From Methanoregula sp. (GTDB lineage: Archaea; Halobacteriota; Methanomicrobia; Methanomicrobiales; Methanospirillaceae), in NCBI GenBank assembly GCA_041652515.1, contig JBAZHD010000005.1, forward strand, positions 3,690 to 67,689: a DNA stretch of 64,000 nucleotides, given 5' to 3'. A program made the translations under genes and the position numbers. The notes under the pieces are model-generated. The model searched no databases. It was not told the origin of the DNA and saw only the letters and a list, made by a program, of their open reading frames with translations. Shown here piece after piece: positions 20,543 to 32,310 of the stretch. How positions within the stretch are numbered: the first letter of the stretch is position 1; every line of letters begins with the position of its first letter.

Positions 20543-21793
20543 ATGCTGTTCGGGTCCTCGGGAATCCGGAGGAGATTTGACCATACGCTGGCTGATACTG
20601 CCTTAAAAATTGGTTCGGCACTGGCATCCGGGTCTCCTGATATTATCATAGGTACAGATACCCGAACAACCAGTCCCCTGCTGGCACACCTGCTCATATC
20701 CGGTATCATGGCAAACGGGGGCATAGCAAGGAACGCTGGAATCGTCCCCACCCCAACGGTGGCATTCAATACGCGGACGGCACAGGCCGGATGCATGATC
20801 ACCGCTTCCCACAACCCCGAAGAATACAACGGGTTGAAACTTTTCAACAGGGACGGTTCATCTTTCACAAGGAAACAGCAGGCAGAGATGGAGGCACTGA
20901 TCAGCACACAACACTGGACAGACTGGAAACACCAGGGCCGCGATCGGTCGTTTGATGCCATCACCCCCCATAAGAATGCGATCCTTGACAAGGTAACGAT
21001 CAAAGAGGGCTGTTCTGCAATTCTGGACTGCGGTAACGGTGCCGGATGCCTACTCACTCCATCGCTTCTGGCCGATGCCGGGGTAAAGACTACCTGTATC
21101 AATTGTAATCCTTCGGGCCATTTCTCCCGCCCGTCTGAACCTTTGAAAGAACATGTATCGTATATCAGTGAGATGGTGAAAAAAACAGGAGCCGGGTGTG
21201 CAATCGTCCATGACGGCGATGCCGATCGTATGATGGCATTCGATAACAGGGGGAGGTACATCAGCGGGGATCACCTGCTCGTGCTTTTCGCCCGGTATCT
21301 CGGCGCAAAACACGTTGTTACTACCAGTGACGCTTCGATGGTCATCGAAGAGTGTGCAGAAGTCCGGCGGACACCCGTTGGTGATGCTTTTGTCTCTGAA
21401 GAACTCCTGACATGGGGGGATTTCGGGGGCGAACCTTCCGGAGCATGGATCTTCCCGAAGATCTCCTACTGCCCTGACGGCCCCTTTGCTGCAGGTCTTT
21501 TCTGTGAGATGTCTTCCGAATGGGACATTGCCAGCGAGATCGATGCAATACCCACCTATCATCTCCTGCGGGAATCGTTTGCCTGCGAAACAGCACGGGA
21601 TGTCCTGAACGGGCTTGGCGCTTCCAGTCCCACGGACGGCATCCGGATCGCGGACGAAGACGGCTGGTGCCTGATCCGTGCAAGCGGCACTGAACCGAAA
21701 ATCCGCATAACCGCTGAAGGAAAAACGCCAGCGATAGCAAAAGCACTCCTTGCAAAAGGTAAAGAGCGAATCCAACAGGGGAAAACTGCTTAA
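20543..21793 (+). CDS. glmM: Phosphoglucosamine mutase / phosphohexomutase
   Basis: FGSSGIR, TASHNP, DGDADR, RASGTEP; next to glmU/glmS. Confidence 0.85.
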   Translation: MLFGSSGIRRRFDHTLADTALKIGSALASGSPDIIIGTDTRTTSPLLAHLLISGIMANGGIARNAGIVPTPTVAFNTRTAQAGCMITASHNPEEYNGLKLFNRDGSSFTRKQQAEMEALISTQHWTDWKHQGRDRSFDAITPHKNAILDKVTIKEGCSAILDCGNGAGCLLTPSLLADAGVKTTCINCNPSGHFSRPSEPLKEHVSYISEMVKKTGAGCAIVHDGDADRMMAFDNRGRYISGDHLLVLFARYLGAKHVVTTSDASMVIEECAEVRRTPVGDAFVSEELLTWGDFGGEPSGAWIFPKISYCPDGPFAAGLFCEMSSEWDIASEIDAIPTYHLLRESFACETARDVLNGLGASSPTDGIRIADEDGWCLIRASGTEPKIRITAEGKTPAIAKALLAKGKERIQQGKTA

Positions 21794-21816
21794 ATGTTGC
21801 AGGAAGAGCTGTAGAT

Positions 21817-23016
21817 ATGGAATGTGTCGTTCTCGCCGCAGGGGAGGGAAAGCGGATGCGCCCTCTCACAGCGAAACGCCCGAAAGTGATGCTCCCCCTG
21901 GCAAACCGCCCGATGATGGAACACCTGGTCCTTGCAACCCGCGATACCGGGATTAACGATTTTATCTTTGTCGTGGGGTATGGAGAACGGGAGATCCGAA
22001 AGCATTTCGGGGACGGGTCCGCATTCGGGATTAACGTCACGTATGCACCGCAGCGCCACCAGAACGGGACTGCGGATGCCGTGAGGTCTGTCCGGGATCT
22101 TGTGACCGGCCCGTTTCTTCTCATGAACGGGGATATGATCCTGAAAAGTGCAGATATCGCAGAGTTCTGTCGCCGTAAAACCCCCTGCATGGGCATCAGT
22201 ACGACCGATCACCCCGGGGATTACGGGGTTGTCCTCGTCGATGGCGATCGGGTTACATCTCTTGAAGAAAAATCTAAAAAACCAAAATCCAACCTGATCA
22301 ATGCCGGGGCATACCTGTTCTCACCTGATATATTCGACAGGGTCGACAAGGTCAAGCCATCTGCGAGGGGCGAACTTGAGCTCACAGATGCCCTTGCCGG
22401 GTTGATCGCTGAGAGAAAACTCGGGGCATATCACCTGTCGTACTGGATGGATGTCGGGCATCCGTGGGATATGCTTGACGCGAATGCCACCATGCTGGAC
22501 CAGGTCGCCGGGGGGAATTCCGGAACCATTGAAGAGGGGGTGACCCTTCACGGCTCTGTAATTATTGGTGAAGGGAGCATTGTCCGGGCAGGGACGTATA
22601 TCGAAGGTCCCTGCATGATCGGGAAAAACTGCCGCATTGGCCCCCATGCATATATCCGCGGATCGACAAGTATTGGAGATGACTGCCATATCGGGCACTG
22701 TACAGAGATCAAGAACTCCATTATCATGGCGGGAACGAAAATCCCCCACTTCAACTATCTCGGGGATTCTGTAATCGGAAGTAACTGCAACTTTGGTGCG
22801 GGCACCAAAGGGGCAAACCTCAGGAATGACCATGCGAATGTCAGGGTATGCGGAAAAGATACACGGAAGAAGAAATTCGGGGCAGTCATTGGCGACAATG
22901 TCCAGTTCGGGATAAACTGCTCCATCAATGTTGGCGCCATGATCGGCAGTAACGCACAGTTTGCACCAAATTCGATTATCGAAGGGTGTATCGGTGAGAA
23001 TGCAATTATCCGGTAG
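21817..23016 (+). CDS. glmU: Bifunctional sugar-1-phosphate nucleotidylyltransferase/acetyltransferase (archaeal GlmU)
   Basis: LAAGEGKRMRPLT...PK plus hexapeptide-repeat C-terminus; HFNYLGDS. Confidence 0.85.
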   Translation: MECVVLAAGEGKRMRPLTAKRPKVMLPLANRPMMEHLVLATRDTGINDFIFVVGYGEREIRKHFGDGSAFGINVTYAPQRHQNGTADAVRSVRDLVTGPFLLMNGDMILKSADIAEFCRRKTPCMGISTTDHPGDYGVVLVDGDRVTSLEEKSKKPKSNLINAGAYLFSPDIFDRVDKVKPSARGELELTDALAGLIAERKLGAYHLSYWMDVGHPWDMLDANATMLDQVAGGNSGTIEEGVTLHGSVIIGEGSIVRAGTYIEGPCMIGKNCRIGPHAYIRGSTSIGDDCHIGHCTEIKNSIIMAGTKIPHFNYLGDSVIGSNCNFGAGTKGANLRNDHANVRVCGKDTRKKKFGAVIGDNVQFGINCSINVGAMIGSNAQFAPNSIIEGCIGENAIIR

Positions 23017-23024
23017 GTAACACG

Positions 23025-24179
23025 ATGCAGGCCATTATCTTAGCAGCAGGGGAGGGTGTCAGAGTACGTCCACTCACCCGGAGCAGGCCAAAAGCCATGA
23101 TTCCGGTGGCAAACCGCCCCATTATTGAATACGTAATCGATGCCCTTTTAAAAAACGGTATACGGGATATCGTTGTGGTTGTCGGGTATCGCAAGGAGCA
23201 GGTAACGCGGTTCCTGAACAGCCTTGATGTACCGATAGAAGTGGTACTCCAGGAAAAACAGCTTGGAACGGCTCACGCCCTCCAGTGTGCAGAATCAAAG
23301 ATTACGGGGGATTTCCTTGTCCTGCCAGGTGACAACTACATTGACCCGCAATCAATAGCAAGGATCAAGGATACTCCCAACGCTATTCTCGTAAAAGAAC
23401 ACCCGAATCCCTCCAATTTCGGCGTCGTGCTCCTGAACAACGGTCTGGTGACCGACATTGTTGAAAAGCCGGAACACTCCCCGAGTTTTATGGTGAGTAC
23501 CGGGATCTATTCCCTGAAGAAAAGCTTCTTTTCCTGCATCCGGGGAAACGATATCACCGATGCTATTACAGCCATGATCGCGGCCGGGGAGCAGATCCGG
23601 GCGATCCCGGCTGATGACTGGCAGGACGCCATATTCGCGTGGGACCTCCTGAAAATGAACCGGCGTCTCCTGAAAAATCTCCCTATGGTACGGGAAGGTA
23701 CTGCAAGCAGGCAGACGACAATTCAGGGACCGGTCAGTATCGGGAAGGGTACGACTATCGGGCCGAACACGGTAATAACGGGGCCGGTAGTGATCGGAAA
23801 TGACTGTACTATCGGGCCGAACTGCGTTATTATGCCCAATACGAGCATCGGGTCGCGGGTGATCCTGGATCCGTTCACGATGGTCGGGGACGCCATCATT
23901 ATGGATGATACCACAATCGGATCACATTCCCGCATTATCGACGCCGTGGCCGGAGAACGGTGTACCCTTGCGGATCACACGTCTGTTTCAACGGCAACCG
24001 GCCTGATGGATATCGAAGGCTGTACCATACGTTCAGAATTTGGTGCAGTTCTCGGGGATAAAGTCACGAGCGGTCCGTTTACGGCATATAAAAACTGTGT
24101 CGTCGGTAATAATGTGATGATTGGGGGGCAGGAAAATATCACATCCCGCACTATACCGGACGGATCCATGGTGATATAA
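23025..24179 (+). CDS. Sugar-phosphate nucleotidyltransferase (GlmU paralogue)
   Basis: LAAGEGVRVRPLT...PK plus hexapeptide repeats. Confidence 0.8.
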   Translation: MQAIILAAGEGVRVRPLTRSRPKAMIPVANRPIIEYVIDALLKNGIRDIVVVVGYRKEQVTRFLNSLDVPIEVVLQEKQLGTAHALQCAESKITGDFLVLPGDNYIDPQSIARIKDTPNAILVKEHPNPSNFGVVLLNNGLVTDIVEKPEHSPSFMVSTGIYSLKKSFFSCIRGNDITDAITAMIAAGEQIRAIPADDWQDAIFAWDLLKMNRRLLKNLPMVREGTASRQTTIQGPVSIGKGTTIGPNTVITGPVVIGNDCTIGPNCVIMPNTSIGSRVILDPFTMVGDAIIMDDTTIGSHSRIIDAVAGERCTLADHTSVSTATGLMDIEGCTIRSEFGAVLGDKVTSGPFTAYKNCVVGNNVMIGGQENITSRTIPDGSMVI

Positions 24180-24180
24180 C

Positions 24181-25926
24181 GTGTGCGGCATTGTCGGGTA
24201 TATCGGCAGGAGAGATGCAGCACCGCTGATAGTCGAAGGGCTCAAGAAACTCGAGTACCGTGGCTATGACTCGTTCGGGATTGCGACGCTTGGGGGGGGC
24301 ATCGATCTCGCCAAACACCGGGGCCGTATATCAGAAAATGCTGGTACAGCTGCCATGCTGAAAGGAAAGATCGGTATCGGCCACACCCGCTGGGCAACCC
24401 ATGGGATCCCGAATGATGCGAATGCCCACCCCCATACAGACTGTTTGGGGAAAATTGCAGTTGTCCATAACGGGATTATTGAGAACTATGCTGATCTGAA
24501 ACGGCACCTGCAGTCACGGGGGCACACATTCCGTTCTGATACGGACACGGAGGTGATCGTTCACCTCATTGAGGAAGAATATGCAAAAAAACCGGATCTG
24601 CTCAGTGCGGTTCAGGAAGTTCTCCCGAAACTGGAAGGATCCTATGCGATTCTTGTTATAACCGAGGGAGAGGACCGGATCATTGCAGCCCGTAACGCAA
24701 GCCCGCTCGTTATCGGTGTAGGAGATGGTGAATTTTTTGCTGCGTCCGACATGACCCCGGTCATCGAATTCACAGAACGTGCAATCTTCCTTGAAGACGG
24801 GGATATCGTTTCACTTACAAAGAAAACGATCGAAATTTTCCATGAGGGTAAACCGGTTACCAGACCGGTTGAACTTATCGACTGGTCGCTGGAAGACGTC
24901 AGGAAGGGGGGGTTCGCTCATTATATGCTCAAGGAAATTTACGAGCAGCCCCAGGCGTTCTACAACACGATCCGTTCAGTTGATCCAGACACGCTGCCGG
25001 AGAACGTACTTCATGCAAAATCGGTTACTCTCGTTGCATGCGGATCCTCCTATCATACCGGCCTCATCTTCAAGTACCTTCTCGAAGCAACCTGCAGTAT
25101 TCCGGCCCGGCTGGAGTTTGCCTCTGAATTCAAGTATTTCCCACCCCCGGTAAACGGCCTTGTTATCGGAATTACCCAGTCGGGAGAGACCGCCGACACC
25201 CTTGCTGCATTAAAACATGCGAAGACGTCCGGCTGTTCAACGCTTGCGATCACGAATGTCCTTGGAAGCAGTGTGACAAGAGTTGCTGATATCACGCTGT
25301 ACATGCGTGCCGGCCCCGAGATCAGCGTTGCGGCAACCAAGTCATTTATTGCACAACTTGCAATCCTGATGCAGGTTGTAAACGGTATCTCTGATACGAA
25401 GTATGATGACATACTCCAGCAGGCCCATAAGGCAATCGAGGAGGTACTTCTCATGGATCTCAGCGAGACCGTCACCGTCTGTAAAAGAGCACAGAGTATA
25501 TTCTATGTCGGGCGCGGCCCGTTCTACCCGGTTTCGCTTGAAGGGGCACTGAAGATGAAGGAGATCTCCTATATCCACGCCGAGGGGTATGCTGCGGGGG
25601 AACTCAAACACGGACCATTTGCCCTGCTCTCTCCTGAAACACCGGTCATTGCCCTCTGCATGCCCGGAGATACCTATAGCGTTATGATCTCCAACATCAA
25701 GGAGATGAAAGCCCGGGGGGCACCGGTCATCGCAATCGGGTCCGAAGGAGACAGGGATCTTCCGGATATCGTTGATATTTTTATTGCAGTGCCAAAAACA
25801 CCATTAATTGTCCAGATCCTCACCAGCCTTGTTATCGAACAACTCCTCGCGTATCATACTGCCGTAGCCCTCGGGCGGGATGTTGACAAGCCAAGAAACC
25901 TTGCTAAGAGTGTGACGGTGGAATGA
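24181..25926 (+). CDS. glmS: Glutamine--fructose-6-phosphate transaminase
   Basis: GTG start, [32 protein letters not shown]. Confidence 0.97.
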   Translation: MCGIVGYIGRRDAAPLIVEGLKKLEYRGYDSFGIATLGGGIDLAKHRGRISENAGTAAMLKGKIGIGHTRWATHGIPNDANAHPHTDCLGKIAVVHNGIIENYADLKRHLQSRGHTFRSDTDTEVIVHLIEEEYAKKPDLLSAVQEVLPKLEGSYAILVITEGEDRIIAARNASPLVIGVGDGEFFAASDMTPVIEFTERAIFLEDGDIVSLTKKTIEIFHEGKPVTRPVELIDWSLEDVRKGGFAHYMLKEIYEQPQAFYNTIRSVDPDTLPENVLHAKSVTLVACGSSYHTGLIFKYLLEATCSIPARLEFASEFKYFPPPVNGLVIGITQSGETADTLAALKHAKTSGCSTLAITNVLGSSVTRVADITLYMRAGPEISVAATKSFIAQLAILMQVVNGISDTKYDDILQQAHKAIEEVLLMDLSETVTVCKRAQSIFYVGRGPFYPVSLEGALKMKEISYIHAEGYAAGELKHGPFALLSPETPVIALCMPGDTYSVMISNIKEMKARGAPVIAIGSEGDRDLPDIVDIFIAVPKTPLIVQILTSLVIEQLLAYHTAVALGRDVDKPRNLAKSVTVE

Positions 25927-26522
25927 AAGAATACGGTATCAATAAGATTGGAGAAGGTGCACAGATATTCGAACCGGTAACCCTCGGGTTTCCTTCACGG
26001 GATAATATCGGGAAGACCGGGTTTCCGGGAACAACTATCGGACATCACCCGGTACTCAGGTCGGGCACCATCATCTATTGCGATGTCATTATCGGGGATA
26101 ACTTTCAGAGCGGTCATAACACCCTGATCCGGGAAAAGACCCGGATCGGTGACCGGACTGCTATCGGAACTGCAACGGTGATTGACGGCAATGCCAGTAT
26201 CGGTAACAACGTGAGCCTGCAGAGCATGGTCTATATCCCTACGAATACCACTATCGGCGATAACGTATTCATCGGACCGAATGCGGTACTTACAAATGAC
26301 CGCTATCCCCCCTCAGGATGTCTCGAGGGGCCTGTGATTAAAAACGGTGCGGCGATCGGTGCGAATACCACGATCCTGCCCGGAGTCTGTATCGGGGAGG
26401 GTGCATTCGTGGCTGCCGGTTCGGTGGTAACCCGCGACGTTCCCGATCATATGATGGCAATCGGAACTCCGGCCAGGATCAAAGATCTCCCAAAGGGGAT
26501 ACTCAAATCCAGTAAAAAATGA
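25923..26522 (+). CDS. Hexapeptide-repeat N-acetyltransferase
   Basis: [34 protein letters not shown]. Confidence 0.85.
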   Translation: MKEYGINKIGEGAQIFEPVTLGFPSRDNIGKTGFPGTTIGHHPVLRSGTIIYCDVIIGDNFQSGHNTLIREKTRIGDRTAIGTATVIDGNASIGNNVSLQSMVYIPTNTTIGDNVFIGPNAVLTNDRYPPSGCLEGPVIKNGAAIGANTTILPGVCIGEGAFVAAGSVVTRDVPDHMMAIGTPARIKDLPKGILKSSKK

Positions 26523-26568
26523 TCCATTCAAAAAGAGAGATTACAAGAACTCCGGAACCGTGTGACGA

Positions 26569-27702
26569 ATGAAGATCCTCCTTGTTTCTACCCAGGACTA
26601 TATCCATCACCCTGTACCCTCCCGCCACCATTACATATTTGAGGAAATGGCAAAACGTCACGAAGTGCATGTCGCCCATTTTCATGTAAGCCGCGGCGAT
26701 GCCCGCCCCACCCGCCTTATCGTCGATGAGGCCACGCAGTTCCCCTTAAAAAGCCCGCTTCTCCATTATACGCTCAATGCCCCGTATCACTACTATATTT
26801 TTGACAAGACCATTCGTGAACAGAGAATTGATGTAGTTGTGGCAGCTCACGTGCTTGCAGGTTCCGCGGTGATTCACGCGGCAAAACGCCACCATGTCCC
26901 GGTAGTCTTCGATCTCAAGGACTGGTTCCCCGACTCTGCAGCTGCGTACTTCAAGAACCGGTTCACGCAGGATCTTGTCAGACGAAGTGTATGGGAGATC
27001 ACGAAGCGGAATTTATCCAGGAGCGATTGCATCACTACGGTTTCCCCGGCCCTCGTTGAAAAACTCAAAGGTCTGGGGTTTACAGCAGGTTTAATCACAA
27101 ACGGGGTTGATACGGATCTGTTCAAGCCGATGAGCGGCAGTGATACCCGGGCCGAACTTGGGATCGGAGCTGATGAGTTTGTCATCGGATTCTCGGGAAG
27201 CGTGGAACGCTGGTATGCAATTGACGATATGATCCGAGCGCTCCCGGACCTCATCCGGTATCGTGCAGATACCCGCTTACTGATTGTCGGGGGATCCCTG
27301 TTCACCGATTACCGGACCGAACTTGAAAATCTGGCAAAGGATCTGAACATTTCCGACCGGGTAATATTTACCGGCACGAAACCATACCATGAACTTCCCC
27401 GGTATATTGCCTGCATGGATGCCTGTACCATCCCTCTCTCTCCCCCGGAATGGGGGGAAATCGCCCTCCCGAATAAATTTTTCGAATATTCGGCATGCGG
27501 GAAACCAATTATCATGAGACCCATCCCGGACGTTATCAGGATCGGTGGGCCGAACCTCTTCGTCTATAAAACACAGGAGGAGTATATCGCACAGATACAA
27601 TCGCTGATGAATACACCCCGTACGTTTAACATAAATCTTGAAAATTACAGCTGGAAAGAAAAGGCCCGGCAGTTCGAAACGCTTTTAAATAATCTCGTCT
27701 GA
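26569..27702 (+). CDS. Glycosyltransferase family 4
   Basis: NGVD, PNKFFEYSACGKPII. Confidence 0.85.
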   Translation: MKILLVSTQDYIHHPVPSRHHYIFEEMAKRHEVHVAHFHVSRGDARPTRLIVDEATQFPLKSPLLHYTLNAPYHYYIFDKTIREQRIDVVVAAHVLAGSAVIHAAKRHHVPVVFDLKDWFPDSAAAYFKNRFTQDLVRRSVWEITKRNLSRSDCITTVSPALVEKLKGLGFTAGLITNGVDTDLFKPMSGSDTRAELGIGADEFVIGFSGSVERWYAIDDMIRALPDLIRYRADTRLLIVGGSLFTDYRTELENLAKDLNISDRVIFTGTKPYHELPRYIACMDACTIPLSPPEWGEIALPNKFFEYSACGKPIIMRPIPDVIRIGGPNLFVYKTQEEYIAQIQSLMNTPRTFNINLENYSWKEKARQFETLLNNLV

Positions 27703-27765
27703 TGCAGTTATCCAAATTTATTAATGGTCTTAGCTGAAACGTACTAACCACAAAAGGTTGGTCTC

Positions 27766-30375
27766 ATGATATCACTGGATTTTAAAAACCGACGTTTCTA
27801 TATCATCGTCGGCCTTATTTCATTTTTTTCCCTCTTTACTCTCTGGCTTCGCCTGCTTCCCATGTTTAATATGGGGAACACCGATGTCCTGATGCTGGTG
27901 GCAAGCGATGATCCGCTCTATAATTTCAGACAGGTCGAGCAGATCCTCGCAAATTTCCCGAATTATGGCTGGTTTGATGCGATGACCATGTACCCGCATG
28001 GATCGCCGATCTACTGGGGACCTCTGTTTCCCACCATCATTGCAATCTGTTGTCTCATCACCGGTGCAGCAACACGTCCGGAGATCATCAGTGTCGGCCT
28101 TGTAATACCCCCCCTCATGGCAGCAGCGACTGTTGCAATAATGTACTATGTCGGGAAAACCTGCGGGGACTGGAAAACCGGTATCCTGGCTTCAGGTTTT
28201 ACCGCGATTATCACCGGCCAGTTCTTTTATCGCTCTCTCTATGGGTACACGGACCACCACATCGCTGAAGTCCTTTTTTCAACACTCTTCTGCCTGTTTT
28301 ATATGTACGCGATCCTGTCAGAGAAAGGGACGAAGATCGAGCTGAAAAACCCGCGTTCCTACAAATCCCTGCTCCTGGTATCCGCCCTGGCAGGGATTGC
28401 ATATCTTCTTGGCCTTTTTACAATGCCGACGATGATCCTGTTTGCAATGATCGCCGGGATATTCACCGTCGTCCAGTTCATCATTGATGTATATCGCGGC
28501 AGGACGAGCGAATACCTGCTTTTAATAAACATAACTATCTTCGTTACGGCCATCATCGGGCTGCTGCTCTTCGGCCTGAAGAACCCGGGGATAGACCTGT
28601 CCACGTACTCAATAGGACACATCATTGCGTATCTCGGGATGATTTTCGGGACGGGGATTTTATACCTGTTGCAGATCTACCTCAAAGACAAAGAAAAATA
28701 CTATTATCCAGCCGCACTTGTGGGGTGCGGACTCGTCTTTGCGGTATTTTTGTATTTAGCAATCCCGCAGTTGTACATGCTCCTGATCTATTCCCTGTTC
28801 GCTTTCTTTGGTCAGGCACCGGTGACGGAGACTGTTCAGGAAGCCCGCGGGTGGGCGCTGAATCTGGCATGGATGACCTACAATTACGGTCTTCTCCTGA
28901 TGGCCGGGGGCATTCTGGTTATGATCTATAAGAATATCCGGAACGAACACCCCGAGCAGGTTTTCGTACTGGTCTGGTCCCTTGTCATGTTTTTTTCCAC
29001 GTGGCAGCATGTCAGGTACGAGTATTACCTTGCAATCAACGTCGCCCTGCTTGCAGCGGTTTGTGTGACCTATCTTTTTTCACGGGCAGTGCCGGATATC
29101 AGGCATCTCATGTCCGGTGAACCGGCAACACATGGAGAGACCGTGGAAAAAGAGAATGTGTCAGATACCCGGGCACAACCAAAAAAACAGAGAAGGAGCC
29201 AGAAAAAGGTCTCCAGCCACGCAACGACAAATTATCCGCTTATTGGGTTGCTTTTCATCGCTGTCGGCTTATCCCTTCTGTTTGCATACACGTCGGTTTC
29301 TTACAGTTATACCAATGCGATGGCAAGCCCGACGCGGATGAACACCGACTGGAGAGAATCCATGGACTGGATGGCTAATAGCACTCCGGAAACCGGTGTC
29401 GATTACTTTACGATTTATGACCAGAAATCGTTTGAATATCCTGCCGGATCCTATGGAGTTATGTCCTGGTGGGACTATGGGCACCTGATAACCTATATTG
29501 CAAAACGCATTCCCAATGCGAATCCATTCCAGCAGGGTGTTGCAGGTCCTGACGGCGCGGCTGCATACTTCATGTCAACTGACGAAAAGGCGGCAAATGC
29601 AATTCTCGACCGTGTCGGAACGCGCTTTATCGTTACAGATATCGAGATGGATACGGGAAAATTCTGGGCAATGTCCACATGGGATAATGCCACCCTTGCA
29701 ACGGATCCCTACCAGATGACCATGCTGGTCTCAAGTAAGGATAATCCTGACAGTTATGACTTTGCCCGGCTGAACAAACAGGAGTATTACCTGACAACCA
29801 TTTCACGGCTTCATAATTTTGACGGATCAATGGCGATGCCATCTGTGGCATACTATATCGAATATGGTGATTCATCGCTCACGAATATGGAATATTCGGC
29901 AATCATCACCGCCGAGAAGACCAATGCGACAGATGCAAAGATACGAGCCGATGCCTATAACCTTAAAGCAACATCCGGCCGCCATGCGGTGGTTTTAAAC
30001 CCGGAGGCCACTACCGACATAATTCACCCGATCGAGACCGTCCCCGCATTGCAGCATTACCGCCTCGTTCATGAATCCCCGAATAATGTTTTCGATGGTA
30101 CCTCAGGTGCTGATGTCAGGTACGTAAAAATATTTGAATATGTAAAAGGTGCCCATATCAAAGGTGACGGTATCATCGAAGTACCGGTGAAAACAAACAC
30201 CGGCAGATCATATATTTACCGACAGGCAAGCGTCAATGGTGAGTTTATTGTTCCCTACTCCACAACAGGGAATTCATATGATGTAAAAACAACGGGGAAA
30301 TATACCATCACAGGTACCGGGAAGCAGTATGAGGTACCGGAATCCGCAATAATACAGGGAGAGACAATTTCGTAA
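27766..30375 (+). CDS. aglB: Oligosaccharyltransferase AglB
   Basis: Many TM segments; DHH, TVQE, SWWDYGH, NPFQQG. Confidence 0.95.
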   Translation: MISLDFKNRRFYIIVGLISFFSLFTLWLRLLPMFNMGNTDVLMLVASDDPLYNFRQVEQILANFPNYGWFDAMTMYPHGSPIYWGPLFPTIIAICCLITGAATRPEIISVGLVIPPLMAAATVAIMYYVGKTCGDWKTGILASGFTAIITGQFFYRSLYGYTDHHIAEVLFSTLFCLFYMYAILSEKGTKIELKNPRSYKSLLLVSALAGIAYLLGLFTMPTMILFAMIAGIFTVVQFIIDVYRGRTSEYLLLINITIFVTAIIGLLLFGLKNPGIDLSTYSIGHIIAYLGMIFGTGILYLLQIYLKDKEKYYYPAALVGCGLVFAVFLYLAIPQLYMLLIYSLFAFFGQAPVTETVQEARGWALNLAWMTYNYGLLLMAGGILVMIYKNIRNEHPEQVFVLVWSLVMFFSTWQHVRYEYYLAINVALLAAVCVTYLFSRAVPDIRHLMSGEPATHGETVEKENVSDTRAQPKKQRRSQKKVSSHATTNYPLIGLLFIAVGLSLLFAYTSVSYSYTNAMASPTRMNTDWRESMDWMANSTPETGVDYFTIYDQKSFEYPAGSYGVMSWWDYGHLITYIAKRIPNANPFQQGVAGPDGAAAYFMSTDEKAANAILDRVGTRFIVTDIEMDTGKFWAMSTWDNATLATDPYQMTMLVSSKDNPDSYDFARLNKQEYYLTTISRLHNFDGSMAMPSVAYYIEYGDSSLTNMEYSAIITAEKTNATDAKIRADAYNLKATSGRHAVVLNPEATTDIIHPIETVPALQHYRLVHESPNNVFDGTSGADVRYVKIFEYVKGAHIKGDGIIEVPVKTNTGRSYIYRQASVNGEFIVPYSTTGNSYDVKTTGKYTITGTGKQYEVPESAIIQGETIS

Positions 30376-30470
30376 AACCCCTTTTTTTTCAGTATCCTGC
30401 CAGCATATTTTCCGGCAAGAATGATTGTACCTTCCAAAAATATATCGGTGAAGGACACTCAACCTCCGGT

Positions 30471-30764
30471 ATGTCAGCTGAAGACCTATCCCTTGGTGCC
30501 AGGGTCCGCTATCCAAAGACCGGTACAACGGGAAAAATCCTCCATATGGAACAAATCAGGGGGGAAACCTTTGCCGAGCTGGACAGTACGCATCTTCTGT
30601 ACCGTATTGATCAACTGATACCCATAGCGGGAACGGAAAAAACCGTATCCCCGATTATTGAAGATGCCAAAAAAATGATCGCGCGCGAAAGGGAATTTGC
30701 TGCAGGCAGCGAACTTCAGGAAGCGTTGAAAAACGTCGACCAGAGCTGTGAAGGTGGAGGATAA
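30471..30764 (+). CDS. DUF2098-like methanogen conserved protein
   Basis: GARVRYPKTGTTGKI...LDSTHLLY; C-terminal CEGGG. Confidence 0.7.
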   Translation: MSAEDLSLGARVRYPKTGTTGKILHMEQIRGETFAELDSTHLLYRIDQLIPIAGTEKTVSPIIEDAKKMIAREREFAAGSELQEALKNVDQSCEGGG

Positions 30765-31074
30765 CTTTTCAGGCCGGTATTGCATTAAGTACCGGATTTT
30801 TCTCCTTTTTTTAAACAGAATCATTCACCAGGCCGTTTACTCAAAATTCTGTCCAGAGTAATCCCGGGTAGGGGCTTATCGGAATATCCATTCACAATAT
30901 CTGATGTTTCAGGATTGAATTTATGTATGAGGCGCACCATATGATGATCAGCTATCGGCCGGAACATGGTGGGATCTGGCATTGTTACGGCATCTCACGG
31001 GGCCTATAATTAAACATTCGTAGTAAGGTGGTCAGATTGACTATCTTTTATAGAGTAAGGAGGTTCGATTTCAT

Positions 31075-32310
31075 TTGCATGATGTGACAGTTCCCAGTGT
31101 CAATATCGGGGTTGTGGGCCATGTCGACCACGGCAAGACCACACTCGTCAACGCACTCACCGGGGCATGGACAGACCGGCACAGTGAAGAGGTGAAGCGG
31201 GGTATCTCTATCCGTCTCGGATATGCCGACGCAACCTTTTACCGGTGCGAAAAATGTGAGGGGACACAAGCCTTCTCAACAAAACCTGACTGTCCGGCCT
31301 GCGGGGCTCAGGGAACGCCATTCCGTTCCATATCTTTCGTGGACGCCCCGGGGCACGAGACCCTCATGGCTACCATGCTCTCGGGTTCGGCACTGATGGA
31401 TGGTGCAATGCTGGTTATTGCTGCAACCGAGAGATGCCCGCAGCCACAGACAAAAGAGCATCTTATGGCACTGGAACTTGTCGGTATCAAGAATATCGTC
31501 ATTGTCCAGAGCAAAATCGATGTTGTCAGCCAGAAAGAAGCGATCGATAACTACAACGAAATTAAGAAGTTCGTTAAAGGTACAATCGCTGAAAATGCAC
31601 CTATCATCCCGGTATCATCGCAGAAGGGAATTAATATCGGAGCACTTGTCCAGGCACTTGATCAGACGATCCCCGAACCGAAGCGTGATCCCGGTGCAGA
31701 GCCGTTGATGCTGATTGCCCGCTCGTTCGATGTGAACAAACCCGGGTGCAACTGGAAGGACGTGAAAGGCGGCGTTGTCGGGGGGTCTCTTATCCGGGGC
31801 ATCCTCCGCGCTGACGAGAAGATTGAGATTCGTCCCGGCAGGCAGACCCAGGTTGAGAACAGGATCAGATGGATCCCTATTATCACGACGATAACATCCA
31901 TCAATGCCGGATCCAAGAAGGTGGACGAGGCAACTCCCGGGGGATTGCTGGGTGTCGGGACAAAACTGGACCCGGCCCTGACAAAGAGCGACGCACTTGC
32001 CGGCCAGGTACTCGGCCATGAGGGGAAACTTCCCCCGGTCTGGGATAAGATCCGGTGCAGCGTTACCCTGATGGAACGGGTAGTCGGGGCCACGAGTGAA
32101 CTCATTATTGAGCCATTGAAGCACTCTGAGCCGCTGATGCTCTCGGTCGGTACCGCAGTTACTGTCGGCGTGGTCAGCAACACGAAAAAAGACTATGTTG
32201 AGATTGCACTGAAGCGACCCGTATGTGCAGAAACCGGTTCACGGATCGCTATCAGCCGGCAGGTGGGAGCACGCTGGCGCCTGATAGGAATGGGAGTACT
32301 GGGAGAGTAA
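31075..32310 (+). CDS. eif2g: Translation initiation factor 2 gamma subunit
   Basis: TTG start after GGAGG; [28 protein letters not shown]. Confidence 0.96.
   Translation: MHDVTVPSVNIGVVGHVDHGKTTLVNALTGAWTDRHSEEVKRGISIRLGYADATFYRCEKCEGTQAFSTKPDCPACGAQGTPFRSISFVDAPGHETLMATMLSGSALMDGAMLVIAATERCPQPQTKEHLMALELVGIKNIVIVQSKIDVVSQKEAIDNYNEIKKFVKGTIAENAPIIPVSSQKGINIGALVQALDQTIPEPKRDPGAEPLMLIARSFDVNKPGCNWKDVKGGVVGGSLIRGILRADEKIEIRPGRQTQVENRIRWIPIITTITSINAGSKKVDEATPGGLLGVGTKLDPALTKSDALAGQVLGHEGKLPPVWDKIRCSVTLMERVVGATSELIIEPLKHSEPLMLSVGTAVTVGVVSNTKKDYVEIALKRPVCAETGSRIAISRQVGARWRLIGMGVLGE

Noticed and set aside
30935-31000. Possible C/D box sRNA (ATGATGA at 30941)
   Set aside because: No CTGA D box at a suitable distance and no terminal stem
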